From: a virus | Taxonomy: Duplodnaviria; Caudoviricetes | Length of the DNA: 58,646 nt | Strand: one strand, 5' to 3' | Virus record (IMG/VR): IMGVR_UViG_3300028873_000026 | Coordinates: 1 to 58,646 of that record | Part shown: positions 15,629 to 24,055 of the stretch, piece after piece | Position numbering within the stretch: the first letter of the stretch is position 1 | Layout: each line of letters opens with the position of its first letter | The notes under the pieces: model-generated | What the model was told of the DNA's origin: nothing | Seen by the model: the letters and a program-made list of their open reading frames with translations, nothing else | Databases searched by the model: none | Position numbers and translations under genes: made by a program

Positions 15629-16852
15629 ATGCAAAGGTTCACAGGTCGTCAATATCTACAGATCGACATTGCGAATAACTTCGGGCTCGACAAACGCACT
15701 TGGGCTGAGCGTCTCGCCTGGTTCGAAGAGCACCAAGACCATCTCCACGAGATGCTCCACCAGGCTGAAGAGCCTGCTCTCTTCTACGCCGGCGTCAAAG
15801 CCTACGAGAGCGTCCTGGCTGGAGAGCCCATCGGCTATGCGATCTCGCTCGATGCCACCAGCTCTGGATTGCAGCTGCTGGCTGCTCTCACCGGAGACAG
15901 GAGCGCAGCTGAGCTGTGCAATGTGGTGAAGCCGAACCAGGGAAATGACAAGCGCTCTGACGCCTACACACTCGTCTACGAGGACATGATCTCGCAGCTC
16001 GGTGAGAGCGCCAAGATCAAACGCGAAGACACCAAGCGAGCGATTATGACGGCTCTCTATGGGTCTGTCGCTGTGCCCAAGGAAGTCTTCGGCGAAGGCA
16101 AGCTGCTCGTCACTTTCCTCGACACCATGAAGCGGCTTGCGCCGGCTGCATGGGAACTGAACGAGACCTTCCTCGAGATCTGGGACGGCGAAGCCCTCAG
16201 CAATGACTGGGTGCTTCCCGACAATTTCCACGTACACATCAAAGTCATGGCTCAGGCCAGCGAAGTCGTGAACTTCCTGAACGAGCCGTTCGACATCACC
16301 CGCAAGATCAACGCTCCGACCAAAGAGGGAAGATCTCTCGGCGCCAACACCATCCACTCGATCGACGGAATGATCGTTCGGGAGATCAGCAGGCGCTGCG
16401 ATTACGATCCCAACTGGATCGAGCTGCTCAAAGAGATCCTGGCTGATGAAGTGGAATCGCACTTCGGCACGCCAGAGTTCAGCAAAGAGGCTCATCGCAT
16501 GGTGGGCATCCTCTGGAAGCTCTTCCAGAAGAGCGGCTATCTCTCGGCGAGAATCCTGGACTACCTCGACAGCGACACCATCGTTTTCGTGGACCGAGCC
16601 GAGATCTCCAAGCTGATCGACAGCCTTCCGAAGCGTCCCTTCAAGGTTATGTCTATTCACGATTGCTTCCGATGTCTCCCTCACTACGGGGACGATCTGC
16701 GGCAACAGTACAACATGCAGCTATATTTGATTGCAAAGAGCGATCTTTTGAGCTTCGTGTTGAGCCAACTGGTAAATCGCGAAGTCCAGGTGGGCAAGCT
16801 CGATCCCACACTGGCTCAGGACATATTGGAGAGCAACTATGCGCTATCTTAG
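15629..16852 (+). CDS. RNA polymerase II subunit 2 (N4 gp16-like)
   Basis: Motif A LDATSSGLQ, motif B REDTKRAIMTALYG, ANTIHSIDG, motif C IHDCF. Confidence 0.95.
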   Translation: MQRFTGRQYLQIDIANNFGLDKRTWAERLAWFEEHQDHLHEMLHQAEEPALFYAGVKAYESVLAGEPIGYAISLDATSSGLQLLAALTGDRSAAELCNVVKPNQGNDKRSDAYTLVYEDMISQLGESAKIKREDTKRAIMTALYGSVAVPKEVFGEGKLLVTFLDTMKRLAPAAWELNETFLEIWDGEALSNDWVLPDNFHVHIKVMAQASEVVNFLNEPFDITRKINAPTKEGRSLGANTIHSIDGMIVREISRRCDYDPNWIELLKEILADEVESHFGTPEFSKEAHRMVGILWKLFQKSGYLSARILDYLDSDTIVFVDRAEISKLIDSLPKRPFKVMSIHDCFRCLPHYGDDLRQQYNMQLYLIAKSDLLSFVLSQLVNREVQVGKLDPTLAQDILESNYALS

Positions 16853-16984
16853 AAGGCGCCTCTGGGAGATCTATTACGATCTCTCGCTCTGGTGGGTTCG
16901 AACGACTTGCTCTCACGCAGAGATCCCGTTCGGTCATTATCCCAGCTACGTCTGCAAGAAGTGCGGAAAGCTGAGGTGTGAGTA

Positions 16985-17566
16985 ATGGCTGGCACCCACT
17001 CTCCTAAAGACATCATCAAGATGAATGCAGCCTACGGGCTGTATTACACCTATAGAAACTCAGGTCGATCTGGCTGGTACATCCACTGTAAATGTGGAGC
17101 GTCTCAGACTATCGGTCGACCGATCAACTGCATTCCCGAACATCTTGTCCCGGCCTTCAAACGTGAAGGCTGGGACATTTCTTTGAAATACCCTCCAGTC
17201 TGCGCCCAGTGCCAGAAAGGTGAACGCAAAGTGACTTCAACCTCAGTCGCTCCCAATCCAAAGATTGCCCGACAGATCTATGCTTCGCTCGATGATCACT
17301 TCAACGAGAAGAAGCGGGTCTACAACTCTGGCTGGTCCGACGCCAAGATCGCCAAAGAGCTGGATGTCTCGGTCTCGGTCGTCACTGCGATCCGCAAGGA
17401 AGCGTATGGCGAGCTCGCTGAAGATCCGGCGATCACAGCCTTCAAGGAAGACATCGAGCTTCTGAAGCTGGAATTCGCAGATCAGTTCGCCAAGCTCTCG
17501 TCGTCCTTCATGGCTCGATTGAGCACTCTGGAAAGCCAGATCCCCAAAACGGGTGTGGCGAAGTGA
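16985..17566 (+). CDS. Zn-finger plus HTH-like protein
   Basis: CKCG...CAQC; WSDAKIAKELDVSVSVVTAIR; C-terminal coiled coil. Confidence 0.7.
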   Translation: MAGTHSPKDIIKMNAAYGLYYTYRNSGRSGWYIHCKCGASQTIGRPINCIPEHLVPAFKREGWDISLKYPPVCAQCQKGERKVTSTSVAPNPKIARQIYASLDDHFNEKKRVYNSGWSDAKIAKELDVSVSVVTAIRKEAYGELAEDPAITAFKEDIELLKLEFADQFAKLSSSFMARLSTLESQIPKTGVAK

Positions 17567-17802
17567 GCACGAGCTTTCGAGCCACTACCCGAGACGTCGG
17601 CCTGGCTATTCGAGATCTTCTCGAAGGTCAGTGGATCAGCGTCCTCATCAAAGACGTCGAGCACCAGGCTGCTCGCAAGGTCCACTTCGTCGACGTCAGC
17701 GACGCCAACAATCCCGTCTTTCACCTCGACAATGGACAGCAGTTCATTCTCCGGATCATCGCCAGTGAAAAAGCGAACAAGGCCATGTTGCCCAAAGTGT
17801 AG
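17563..17802 (+). CDS. Hypothetical protein
   Basis: GTGA coupling. Confidence 0.65.
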   Translation: MSTSFRATTRDVGLAIRDLLEGQWISVLIKDVEHQAARKVHFVDVSDANNPVFHLDNGQQFILRIIASEKANKAMLPKV

Positions 17803-17992
17803 TTGCACCGACATCAGTCGAGATGCAACAACACGGTACGATCCTTATCGACGTACATGGGTGATCTCCGACTTTCTCGGAGATTATACTTGCGACAATT
17901 GTGGGGAAGAATTCGACACCCCACAACGACTGCCAGTTATCATCAACATTGATGGTGATATTCTGGACCAACCAATGGAGCCAGAGATTTGA
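17765..17992 (+). CDS. Zn-ribbon protein
   Basis: CPKC...CDNC; start uncertain. Confidence 0.65.
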   Translation: MKKRTRPCCPKCSCTDISRDATTRYDPYRRTWVISDFLGDYTCDNCGEEFDTPQRLPVIINIDGDILDQPMEPEI

Positions 17993-18480
17993 ACACCCAC
18001 ACGATGCGTCTCTACCTTACCTGGTTCATGACCATGGCCATCGTCGCACTCCTCGGAGTGTGTCTCACTGTCTGGTTCACGCCACCGGCGAAGGCTCAGG
18101 ACGCAGCCATAGGCGACTCGATTGCAGTGGGTACGGGACATGCTCTGCGTGTCTCGACCTACGCCAAGACCAGCATGGGTTCGTGCTGGATCCTGGCTCA
18201 CATGCCTCGAACTCAGTTCGACCGGGTGGTGATCAGCGCCGGCATCAATGACGCTCCTGGTCCCTGTGTGGGCAAGATCCTGGCGACAGTGAAAGCCCGG
18301 ATCAAGGTCGTGATCCTGCCGGCTCCGATCAACTCAGCTCGGGCCAGCGTCTTCAGGCTGGCCCAGCAAGCTGGCGCTTTCCCCATCAGCTACTCCTGCA
18401 AGGGCGGCTGCACGAAGCACAACTTTCACCCAGGCTCTTACGGAGCCGTGGCTACCTCTGTTCGAGCAATCTGGAAATGA
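17989..18480 (+). CDS. Exported SGNH/GDSL-like hydrolase
   Basis: Hydrophobic signal/TM segment ending AKA-Q; blocks AIGDSI, SAGIND and NFHP. Confidence 0.65.
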   Translation: MNTHTMRLYLTWFMTMAIVALLGVCLTVWFTPPAKAQDAAIGDSIAVGTGHALRVSTYAKTSMGSCWILAHMPRTQFDRVVISAGINDAPGPCVGKILATVKARIKVVILPAPINSARASVFRLAQQAGAFPISYSCKGGCTKHNFHPGSYGAVATSVRAIWK

Positions 18481-18683
18481 ACCTCTCACCCTCAACAGTA
18501 AAGCGTCTCTATGACTCGCTCATCGACACGGTTGCGATGCTCGAAGCCCACACAGATCCGAAACGACGGACTGACCCAAGCACGTTTGGGCAGAGTCTTT
18601 CGACCCTCCGCACAGCTCGTCTCGCCATCCAGACTGCGAAGCTCGAAAACCATGACTTCTCCGGTCGGGAACCAATGAAGTGA
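18477..18683 (+). CDS. Hypothetical protein
   Basis: ATGA coupling. Confidence 0.6.
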   Translation: MNLSPSTVKRLYDSLIDTVAMLEAHTDPKRRTDPSTFGQSLSTLRTARLAIQTAKLENHDFSGREPMK

Positions 18684-19060
18684 GAGCTCTCCTCGATCGG
18701 TTTCACTGGAAGCTCTTCATGTGGAAGGTTCATCCTCCGCGGTTCTCCGATCTAGGTCGCTGGATGGACGATTTCTTCGTTCGTCTCAGCGGCAAACGTC
18801 ACTACGAGTGGCGCATTCAGATGTACGGAGACGACTTCGAAGGGTCGTCCGAGCAGCAATACCAGCTCTACACCTTCAAAGGCTTCTCCAAGTGGAAGCC
18901 GACCGGTGTCGTTCGAGTCTGGAAGCATCTCAAACCCACGAACACGCAGACTGTCGTCTACCTGTTTGGCAACAACGCCTATGCAACTCCACAAGCGGCA
19001 GTCGCCGACTACGAGGAATCTCTCAATGTCCAAGTGGGTAGTCTGGTCAAAGGGGCTTAA
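18680..19060 (+). CDS. Hypothetical protein
   Basis: GTGA coupling. Confidence 0.6.
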   Translation: MRALLDRFHWKLFMWKVHPPRFSDLGRWMDDFFVRLSGKRHYEWRIQMYGDDFEGSSEQQYQLYTFKGFSKWKPTGVVRVWKHLKPTNTQTVVYLFGNNAYATPQAAVADYEESLNVQVGSLVKGA

Positions 19061-19226
19061 AGGCCCTGAGATCTCCGTTCAGCACCACGGCAACGCCGGC
19101 AAGCTGACCAAGGACGAAAAGAACCGAGCTCTCGCAGAGCCGATTATGATCGACCCTGAGCACGAGGACTACTGTCTCTCGGCTCTGGCTGTGATCTATC
19201 CTGCCCCACTGGTTCGGGAAACCTGA
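19026..19226 (+). CDS. Hypothetical protein (MSKWVVWSKG...)
   Basis: GAGGA SD before ATG 19026. Confidence 0.6.
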   Translation: MSKWVVWSKGLKGPEISVQHHGNAGKLTKDEKNRALAEPIMIDPEHEDYCLSALAVIYPAPLVRET

Positions 19227-19261
19227 TCTTTTTCTTGAAATAAGGGTATCTTGGGTGAAGG

Positions 19262-19576
19262 GTGAAATCCCAAGGAGATCCTTTCGTGAGTACCCAAGAA
19301 GACCGGCTCGAAATCACCACGATCAGCAGCACGGGGATCACCCCTGAACAGGTCGAAGCCGAAGCCAAACGCTTTGCCATGCGAACAGGCGGCATCTTGC
19401 TGATGGCCATGGCCGAACGGGGCCTCACCGAGGACCAACTCGCTGGTATGCTCCAGGTGAACAAGCGTCAGATCCGTGGCCAGCTGATGGGCGAGCACTG
19501 GAGGAGCTATCTCCCGATGGCTGCTCTGTGCCTGGCTCTCGGGATCAAAATGGATCTGCGAACACAACAGAATTAG
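19262..19576 (+). CDS. XRE-like HTH protein
   Basis: MAERGLTEDQLAGMLQVNKRQIR...LCLALG. Confidence 0.65.
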   Translation: MKSQGDPFVSTQEDRLEITTISSTGITPEQVEAEAKRFAMRTGGILLMAMAERGLTEDQLAGMLQVNKRQIRGQLMGEHWRSYLPMAALCLALGIKMDLRTQQN

Positions 19577-19606
19577 GGGAAAACAGTCTGATCAACTGGA
19601 GAATTT

Positions 19607-20025
19607 GGCGGACCGGATGGGAGCCAGATTCACCCTTAGTCAGCACCCGAGCATGTGCCGTCCCTAACAGGACGCGAAACTAAAAGGCTCCGTGTTACCC
19701 ACGTAAGTGCAGCAGTCAGCCTGTGGATAGTCTGGAAGTAAACTCTACAGATCAATTTAAACTGGCAGGAGCAGACCCCAGCGGGACGGGGGACGACATA
19801 TAGCAAGTCAAGTCAGACCATCAATCTGGATGCCTTGTAAACTGTCGTAAACGGAGTGGCGGGTAGGGCTGATAACCCGAAGTGTCCACACCGGCCAGTA
19901 AAAATTGGGACCAGGGAATGAACGCCCCTGAAGGGATGTTGCTGAGAAAACTCGTTAAAGCGTCATAAGCAACCCTCTGCCCAATGATGGGCCTGCCAGC
20001 ACAAGATGGCAGGCCCATTACTTTT
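19607..20025 (+). ncRNA. Candidate large structured ncRNA (~400 nt)
   Basis: Intergenic; at least 12 mutually compatible helices paired by eye; ends in a strong terminator. 5' end approximate. Confidence 0.6.
19985..20025 (+). terminator. Rho-independent terminator
   Basis: ATGGGCCTGCCA/TGGCAGGCCCAT 12-bp stem followed by TACTTTT. Confidence 0.75.
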
Positions 20026-20030
20026 CAAGA

Positions 20031-20198
20031 ATCTCGATGCTGATCGACTACCTATCTACGGAAGGATTGTCGATCACCTAGAGATGTCCCCGACGGATGT
20101 GACGCTAAACCCCGTGACGGACTGGATAGTACAGTCAGTGCGGTCTCTACTCATATGACCGATCAGGCCCGTTGCTCGAAAGAGCAGCGGGCTTTTTT
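20031..20198 (+). ncRNA. Second candidate structured RNA or leader
   Basis: TGATCGAC/GTCGATCA, GACTG/CAGTC, ATCTC/GAGAT or TAGAGA/TCTCTA; own terminator. Confidence 0.45.
20166..20198 (+). terminator. Rho-independent terminator
   Basis: GCCCGTTGCTC-GAAA-GAGCAGCGGGC-TTTTTT. Confidence 0.9.
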
Positions 20199-20227
20199 CA
20201 TTTCTGAACCAGGAAGAAGAGCGCCAA

Positions 20228-21286
20228 GTGTCTGAAACTCTCCAGATCTACCGTTGCACACCTCGGCAGGTCCGAGAATACATCATCGACATCTTCGAAG
20301 CTGACCTCGTTCCCAACGTGATCTCTTCGCCAGGCATGGGCAAGTCCACCATCCATCGCCAGGTCTGCAATGAGCTGGATCTGATGATGATCGATCATCG
20401 AATTTCCACCTCAGAGTCCACCGATTTCACTGGGCTGCCCCAGTACACGGCTGACGGCTATGCCCGTTATGCGCCGTTCCGGGAGATCTTCCCGCTCGAA
20501 GGCACACCCATGCCCAGGGATCTCAAAGGCCGGCTCATGCAGGGCTGGTGCATCTTCTTCGACGAGCACAACGCTGCTCCGAAGCAAGTCCAGGCTGCGA
20601 GCTACAAGGTCGTGCTCGACAAGATGATCGGCCAGCACAAGCTCCATGAGCGTGTGGTTCTGTCCATGGCCGGCAACCTCGTCACCGACCGAGCCATCGT
20701 GAACCTCGCCGGCACTGCCATGCAGTCCCGAGTGATCACGCTTGAGATGGAGGTCAATTACCGAGAGTGGCTCGAAGACGTCGCTCTCAAGGAGAACTAC
20801 GATCCTCGGATCATTGCGTTCCTGAGCCAGTACAACTCCAAGCTCATGGACTTCCGTCCTGACCACAACGACAAGACCTTCTGCTGCCCTCGGACCTGGG
20901 AGTTCATGAACAGGCTCATATCGGGCAAGGAAGTCAAAGACTCCAAGACGGCAATGTATGCCGGCACGATCTCATCGGGAGTCGCTGTCGAATTCGTGAA
21001 CTTCACGAAGATCTACAAGGAACTTATCAACGTTCGAGAGATCCTCGCTGATCCTGAGTCCTGCCGGATGCCCACCGAGAACGGCATTCGCTGGGCAACC
21101 ATCGCTCATATGATGGAAGTGGTCACCGAGGAGAACTTTGGCGGCCTGTCGGACTATGCCAACCGGTTCTCGATGGACTTTCGTGTGCTCTTCTTCAGGT
21201 CAACGATGGTTCGACACCCGGAACTGCGTCAACACCCGGCCTTCTCCAAGGCCATGATCCAACTCACGCGATATTTGAGCGACTGA
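20228..21286 (+). CDS. MoxR-like AAA+ ATPase (N4 gp24-like)
   Basis: SSPGMGKS, IFFDEHN, CPRTWE. Confidence 0.9.
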   Translation: MSETLQIYRCTPRQVREYIIDIFEADLVPNVISSPGMGKSTIHRQVCNELDLMMIDHRISTSESTDFTGLPQYTADGYARYAPFREIFPLEGTPMPRDLKGRLMQGWCIFFDEHNAAPKQVQAASYKVVLDKMIGQHKLHERVVLSMAGNLVTDRAIVNLAGTAMQSRVITLEMEVNYREWLEDVALKENYDPRIIAFLSQYNSKLMDFRPDHNDKTFCCPRTWEFMNRLISGKEVKDSKTAMYAGTISSGVAVEFVNFTKIYKELINVREILADPESCRMPTENGIRWATIAHMMEVVTEENFGGLSDYANRFSMDFRVLFFRSTMVRHPELRQHPAFSKAMIQLTRYLSD

Positions 21287-21290
21287 CACC

Positions 21291-22517
21291 ATGAATGATC
21301 CCGGCAAAGTCGTCACTGACTACAGCGATCTCGATGTGAACTTCCTCACAAGGGAGCTTGATCGAGCCAAGAGCCAGCTGTTCAGCCACAAGTATGCGGC
21401 CTTCTATGGGCCGCTGCTGTGCTCGCTGAACTTCTTCTGGACTCCAGACATGCGGACAGCCGCTACAGACGGCGTGAACCTCATGTGGAACCCTTATTGG
21501 TTCCTCAAACTTTCCCCGAAGTCCAGAGTCACCGTGCTCTTTCACGAAATCAAGCATCCTGCGCTGCTTCACTTTCACCGACAGGGGGAGAGAAACGCCA
21601 AGATCTGGAATTACGCCACCGACATCAAGATCAACAACGAACTCGAGGACGACGGCTTTTCATTCGAAGAGCTCAAATGGTGTTGGAAGGACCAGACCTA
21701 TCGGGGCATGGTGGAAGAGGACATCTACGATGCCCTCATCACTGCCGGCACAGCGCCTCAGCATGGCGCTTGGGGACAGTTCCATCCTCAAGCCGGCTCG
21801 TCCACGACCGATCCTCAAGGACAAGGCCAGAGCCAATTCCCGGATGACGGCACCGATATGTTCCCCAACGGACCCATGTCGAAGGAGGACATGGCCCAGG
21901 CCGTGAACAACGCCATCATGGCTCAGCAGCAGGCCAAACTCGCTGGAGCTGGGCAAATGCCAGGTGACATCGAAGCCCTGCTCACACAGTTCCTGGCTCC
22001 AATCGTGCCCTGGGAGCAGTACCTGCATCGCTTCATGCAGGAGCTCGCAGAGAACGGCTTCACTTGGAGCAGGCCAAACCGGAGGTTTGCCGACATCTAT
22101 CTGCCCTCTCGCTACGAGGACGAAGGGGCTCTCGATCACCTGATCTATTTCGAGGACACGTCTGGTTCGATCTCGGACAAGGATGCGCTGCGTTTCAACA
22201 GCGAATTTAAGTACGTGAAGGACCATTACAAGCCCAAGAAAATGACCCTCGTTCAGTTCGACACGATCATCCAAAGTGAGCAGGTCTACACCGAGGAGGA
22301 TCCTTTCGATCAGGTCATGATCAAAGGTCGGGGCGGCACAGATCTCACGCCTGTTCGTGAGTATATCTTGAAGCACCGGCCCACTGCGGCCATCGTGTTC
22401 TCAGATATGCAGTGTGCTCCGATGGAGCCTTTGGGCTTCGAAATCCCCATTCTTTGGGTTGTCATCAGTAATCGAGGCGCTAAGGTGCCCTTCGGACAAG
22501 TCATCCACATTCGATAG
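21291..22517 (+). CDS. Metallopeptidase-like plus vWA protein (N4 gp25-like)
   Basis: TAATDG, HEIKH, DTSGS MIDAS, GRGGTD. Confidence 0.9.
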   Translation: MNDPGKVVTDYSDLDVNFLTRELDRAKSQLFSHKYAAFYGPLLCSLNFFWTPDMRTAATDGVNLMWNPYWFLKLSPKSRVTVLFHEIKHPALLHFHRQGERNAKIWNYATDIKINNELEDDGFSFEELKWCWKDQTYRGMVEEDIYDALITAGTAPQHGAWGQFHPQAGSSTTDPQGQGQSQFPDDGTDMFPNGPMSKEDMAQAVNNAIMAQQQAKLAGAGQMPGDIEALLTQFLAPIVPWEQYLHRFMQELAENGFTWSRPNRRFADIYLPSRYEDEGALDHLIYFEDTSGSISDKDALRFNSEFKYVKDHYKPKKMTLVQFDTIIQSEQVYTEEDPFDQVMIKGRGGTDLTPVREYILKHRPTAAIVFSDMQCAPMEPLGFEIPILWVVISNRGAKVPFGQVIHIR

Positions 22518-22524
22518 GGAACTC

Positions 22525-22971
22525 ATGGCCGTCAACGGTAAGACTATGTTGGAGCTCGCTCCGATCAAAGACATGCTGACTTCGAAGCAATACGCTCACG
22601 GAGTCAGCTATGGTTTCAGCGAAGCGGGCTACGACATTCGCATCAAGCAGAAGATCGTCTTGGATGCGTGCCATAAATTCTCGATTGCCTCGGCAATCGA
22701 AAAGTTCGACATGCCCAACACTCTCATGGGCATAGTCCACGATAAATCCACCTGGGCTCGTCGTGGGCTCTCGGTCTTCAACACAGTGATCGAGCCGGGC
22801 TGGAAAGGTTTTCTGACCCTGGAGCTCGTCTACCACGGTCCCGGAGATCTGGTTATCCCTGCTGGTTCAGGCATCGCCCAAGTCATCTTCCACCTGGTCA
22901 CCGACCCGGTTGCTTACGATGGACGGTATCAGAACCAAGCAGATGAACCCGTAGCCGCTATTTCTGCTTAA
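22525..22971 (+). CDS. dcd: dCTP deaminase/dUTPase-family protein
   Basis: AGYDIRI, DKSTWARRG, IEPGWKGFLTLEL, YQNQ. Confidence 0.85.
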   Translation: MAVNGKTMLELAPIKDMLTSKQYAHGVSYGFSEAGYDIRIKQKIVLDACHKFSIASAIEKFDMPNTLMGIVHDKSTWARRGLSVFNTVIEPGWKGFLTLELVYHGPGDLVIPAGSGIAQVIFHLVTDPVAYDGRYQNQADEPVAAISA

Positions 22972-23067
22972 ACTTACATTGAAGTTGTACATAGCCTATT
23001 GCCATTCATCTTGAGTGTGTCATAGGCTTTTCCTCGTTGAGATCTCACAACGAATAGGACAACGAAT

Positions 23068-23205
23068 ATGGCGAAGAGCGGCAGCAAGATGAGCGGCGGC
23101 GGCAAGACTCCCCCGAGCGCGACGAAGAGCGGCAGTCAGAAGCCGGCCAACAAGGGTTCGCGAGCGATCGGCGCCGTCAGCGGCACGGCCGGCAAGAAGT
23201 GGTGA
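23068..23205 (+). CDS. 45-aa basic K/G/S-rich peptide
   Basis: Hand-translated MAKSGSKMSGGGKTPPSATKSGSQKPANKGSRAIGAVSGTAGKKW; AGGA SD; own terminator; not in the ORF track. Confidence 0.7.
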   Translation: MAKSGSKMSGGGKTPPSATKSGSQKPANKGSRAIGAVSGTAGKKW

Positions 23206-23241
23206 GCTAACGCTCCCCAAAACTCCCACAGTTTTTCTTAG

Positions 23242-23271
23242 AGGCAGCCAGTTTGGCTGCCTTTTTCTTTT
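23242..23271 (+). terminator. Rho-independent terminator
   Basis: AGGCAGCCA-GTT-TGGCTGCCT-TTTTCTTTT. Confidence 0.85.
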
Positions 23272-23288
23272 CAGCAGAGGAGGCACAA

Positions 23289-23489
23289 ATGGAAATGTTC
23301 TCAGACGTTTACATCACCTATACGAACTGCCGCGGCGAGACTTCTCGCCGGCATATCCGGCCCCTGCATTGGTTCATCGGGTCCAACGAGTGGCATCCCA
23401 AGTGGCTGCTCGAAGCCGAGGATCTCGACAAGAAAGAGATCCGCTATTTCGCCATGACCGGCATCACCAAGTGGGAGGAAATCCATTGA
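23289..23489 (+). CDS. Stand-alone WYL-domain-like protein
   Basis: ITYTNCRGETSRRHIRP...WLLEAEDLDKKEIRYF; GGAGG SD. Confidence 0.7.
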   Translation: MEMFSDVYITYTNCRGETSRRHIRPLHWFIGSNEWHPKWLLEAEDLDKKEIRYFAMTGITKWEEIH

Positions 23490-24055
23490 TGCAGCTCGAC
23501 AAGCTCTGGGAGCTGGAGATCGGCGAGTGGATGCACGCTTGCTTTCACGGCGTCTCCGATCCCGAGACCGGCAAAGATCTCAACATCGTGAACGACCCGG
23601 ACGAGCGTAATCATCGCTTCCTTGAAGAGGCGCTTGAGCTTGTCCAGGCCTGCGGCTGCACTCGCTACGACGCCCATGCTCTTGTTGATTACGTGTTCGG
23701 TCGACCAGTCGGCGAGAAATTCCAGGAAGTCGGCGGCGTCATGGTCACGCTGACTGCACTTTGCAACGCGCACAGGATCAGCATCGTCAAGGCAGCCTTG
23801 GCTGAGCTTCGCCGGATCTGGACGAAAGTCGAGCAGATTCGAGCCAAGCAAAAAACAAAGCCCCAGCTTCGCTTCCAGAAAAAAGAAATCAGCCAGATCG
23901 GCGAACTTTATCGCCGAATCGCTCACCTCGAAAGGCAGCGAGACGACCTCCACAAGCACAACAATGAACTTCGGGATCGAGCCATGAAGGCTGAAGATCG
24001 CCACCGGAGGTTCATTCAGTCCTTCAAAGATACCACCGCAGCGGACTTGCTATGA
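23489..24055 (+). CDS. MazG-like NTP pyrophosphatase-fold protein with coiled-coil tail
   Basis: RFLEEALELVQ...QEVGGV; TGATG coupling. Confidence 0.6.
   Translation: MQLDKLWELEIGEWMHACFHGVSDPETGKDLNIVNDPDERNHRFLEEALELVQACGCTRYDAHALVDYVFGRPVGEKFQEVGGVMVTLTALCNAHRISIVKAALAELRRIWTKVEQIRAKQKTKPQLRFQKKEISQIGELYRRIAHLERQRDDLHKHNNELRDRAMKAEDRHRRFIQSFKDTTAADLL

Noticed and set aside
19636-19683. Hammerhead ribozyme (TTAGTC...CGTCC/GGACG-CGAAACTAA)
   Set aside because: Stems and a GAAA-like segment fit, but the CUGANGA core is absent.
19607-20025. tmRNA, RNase P RNA or self-splicing intron
   Set aside because: No tRNA-like ends or tag ORF, no GAGGAAAGUCC, no group I P7 or group II domain V signature, and no interrupted gene.
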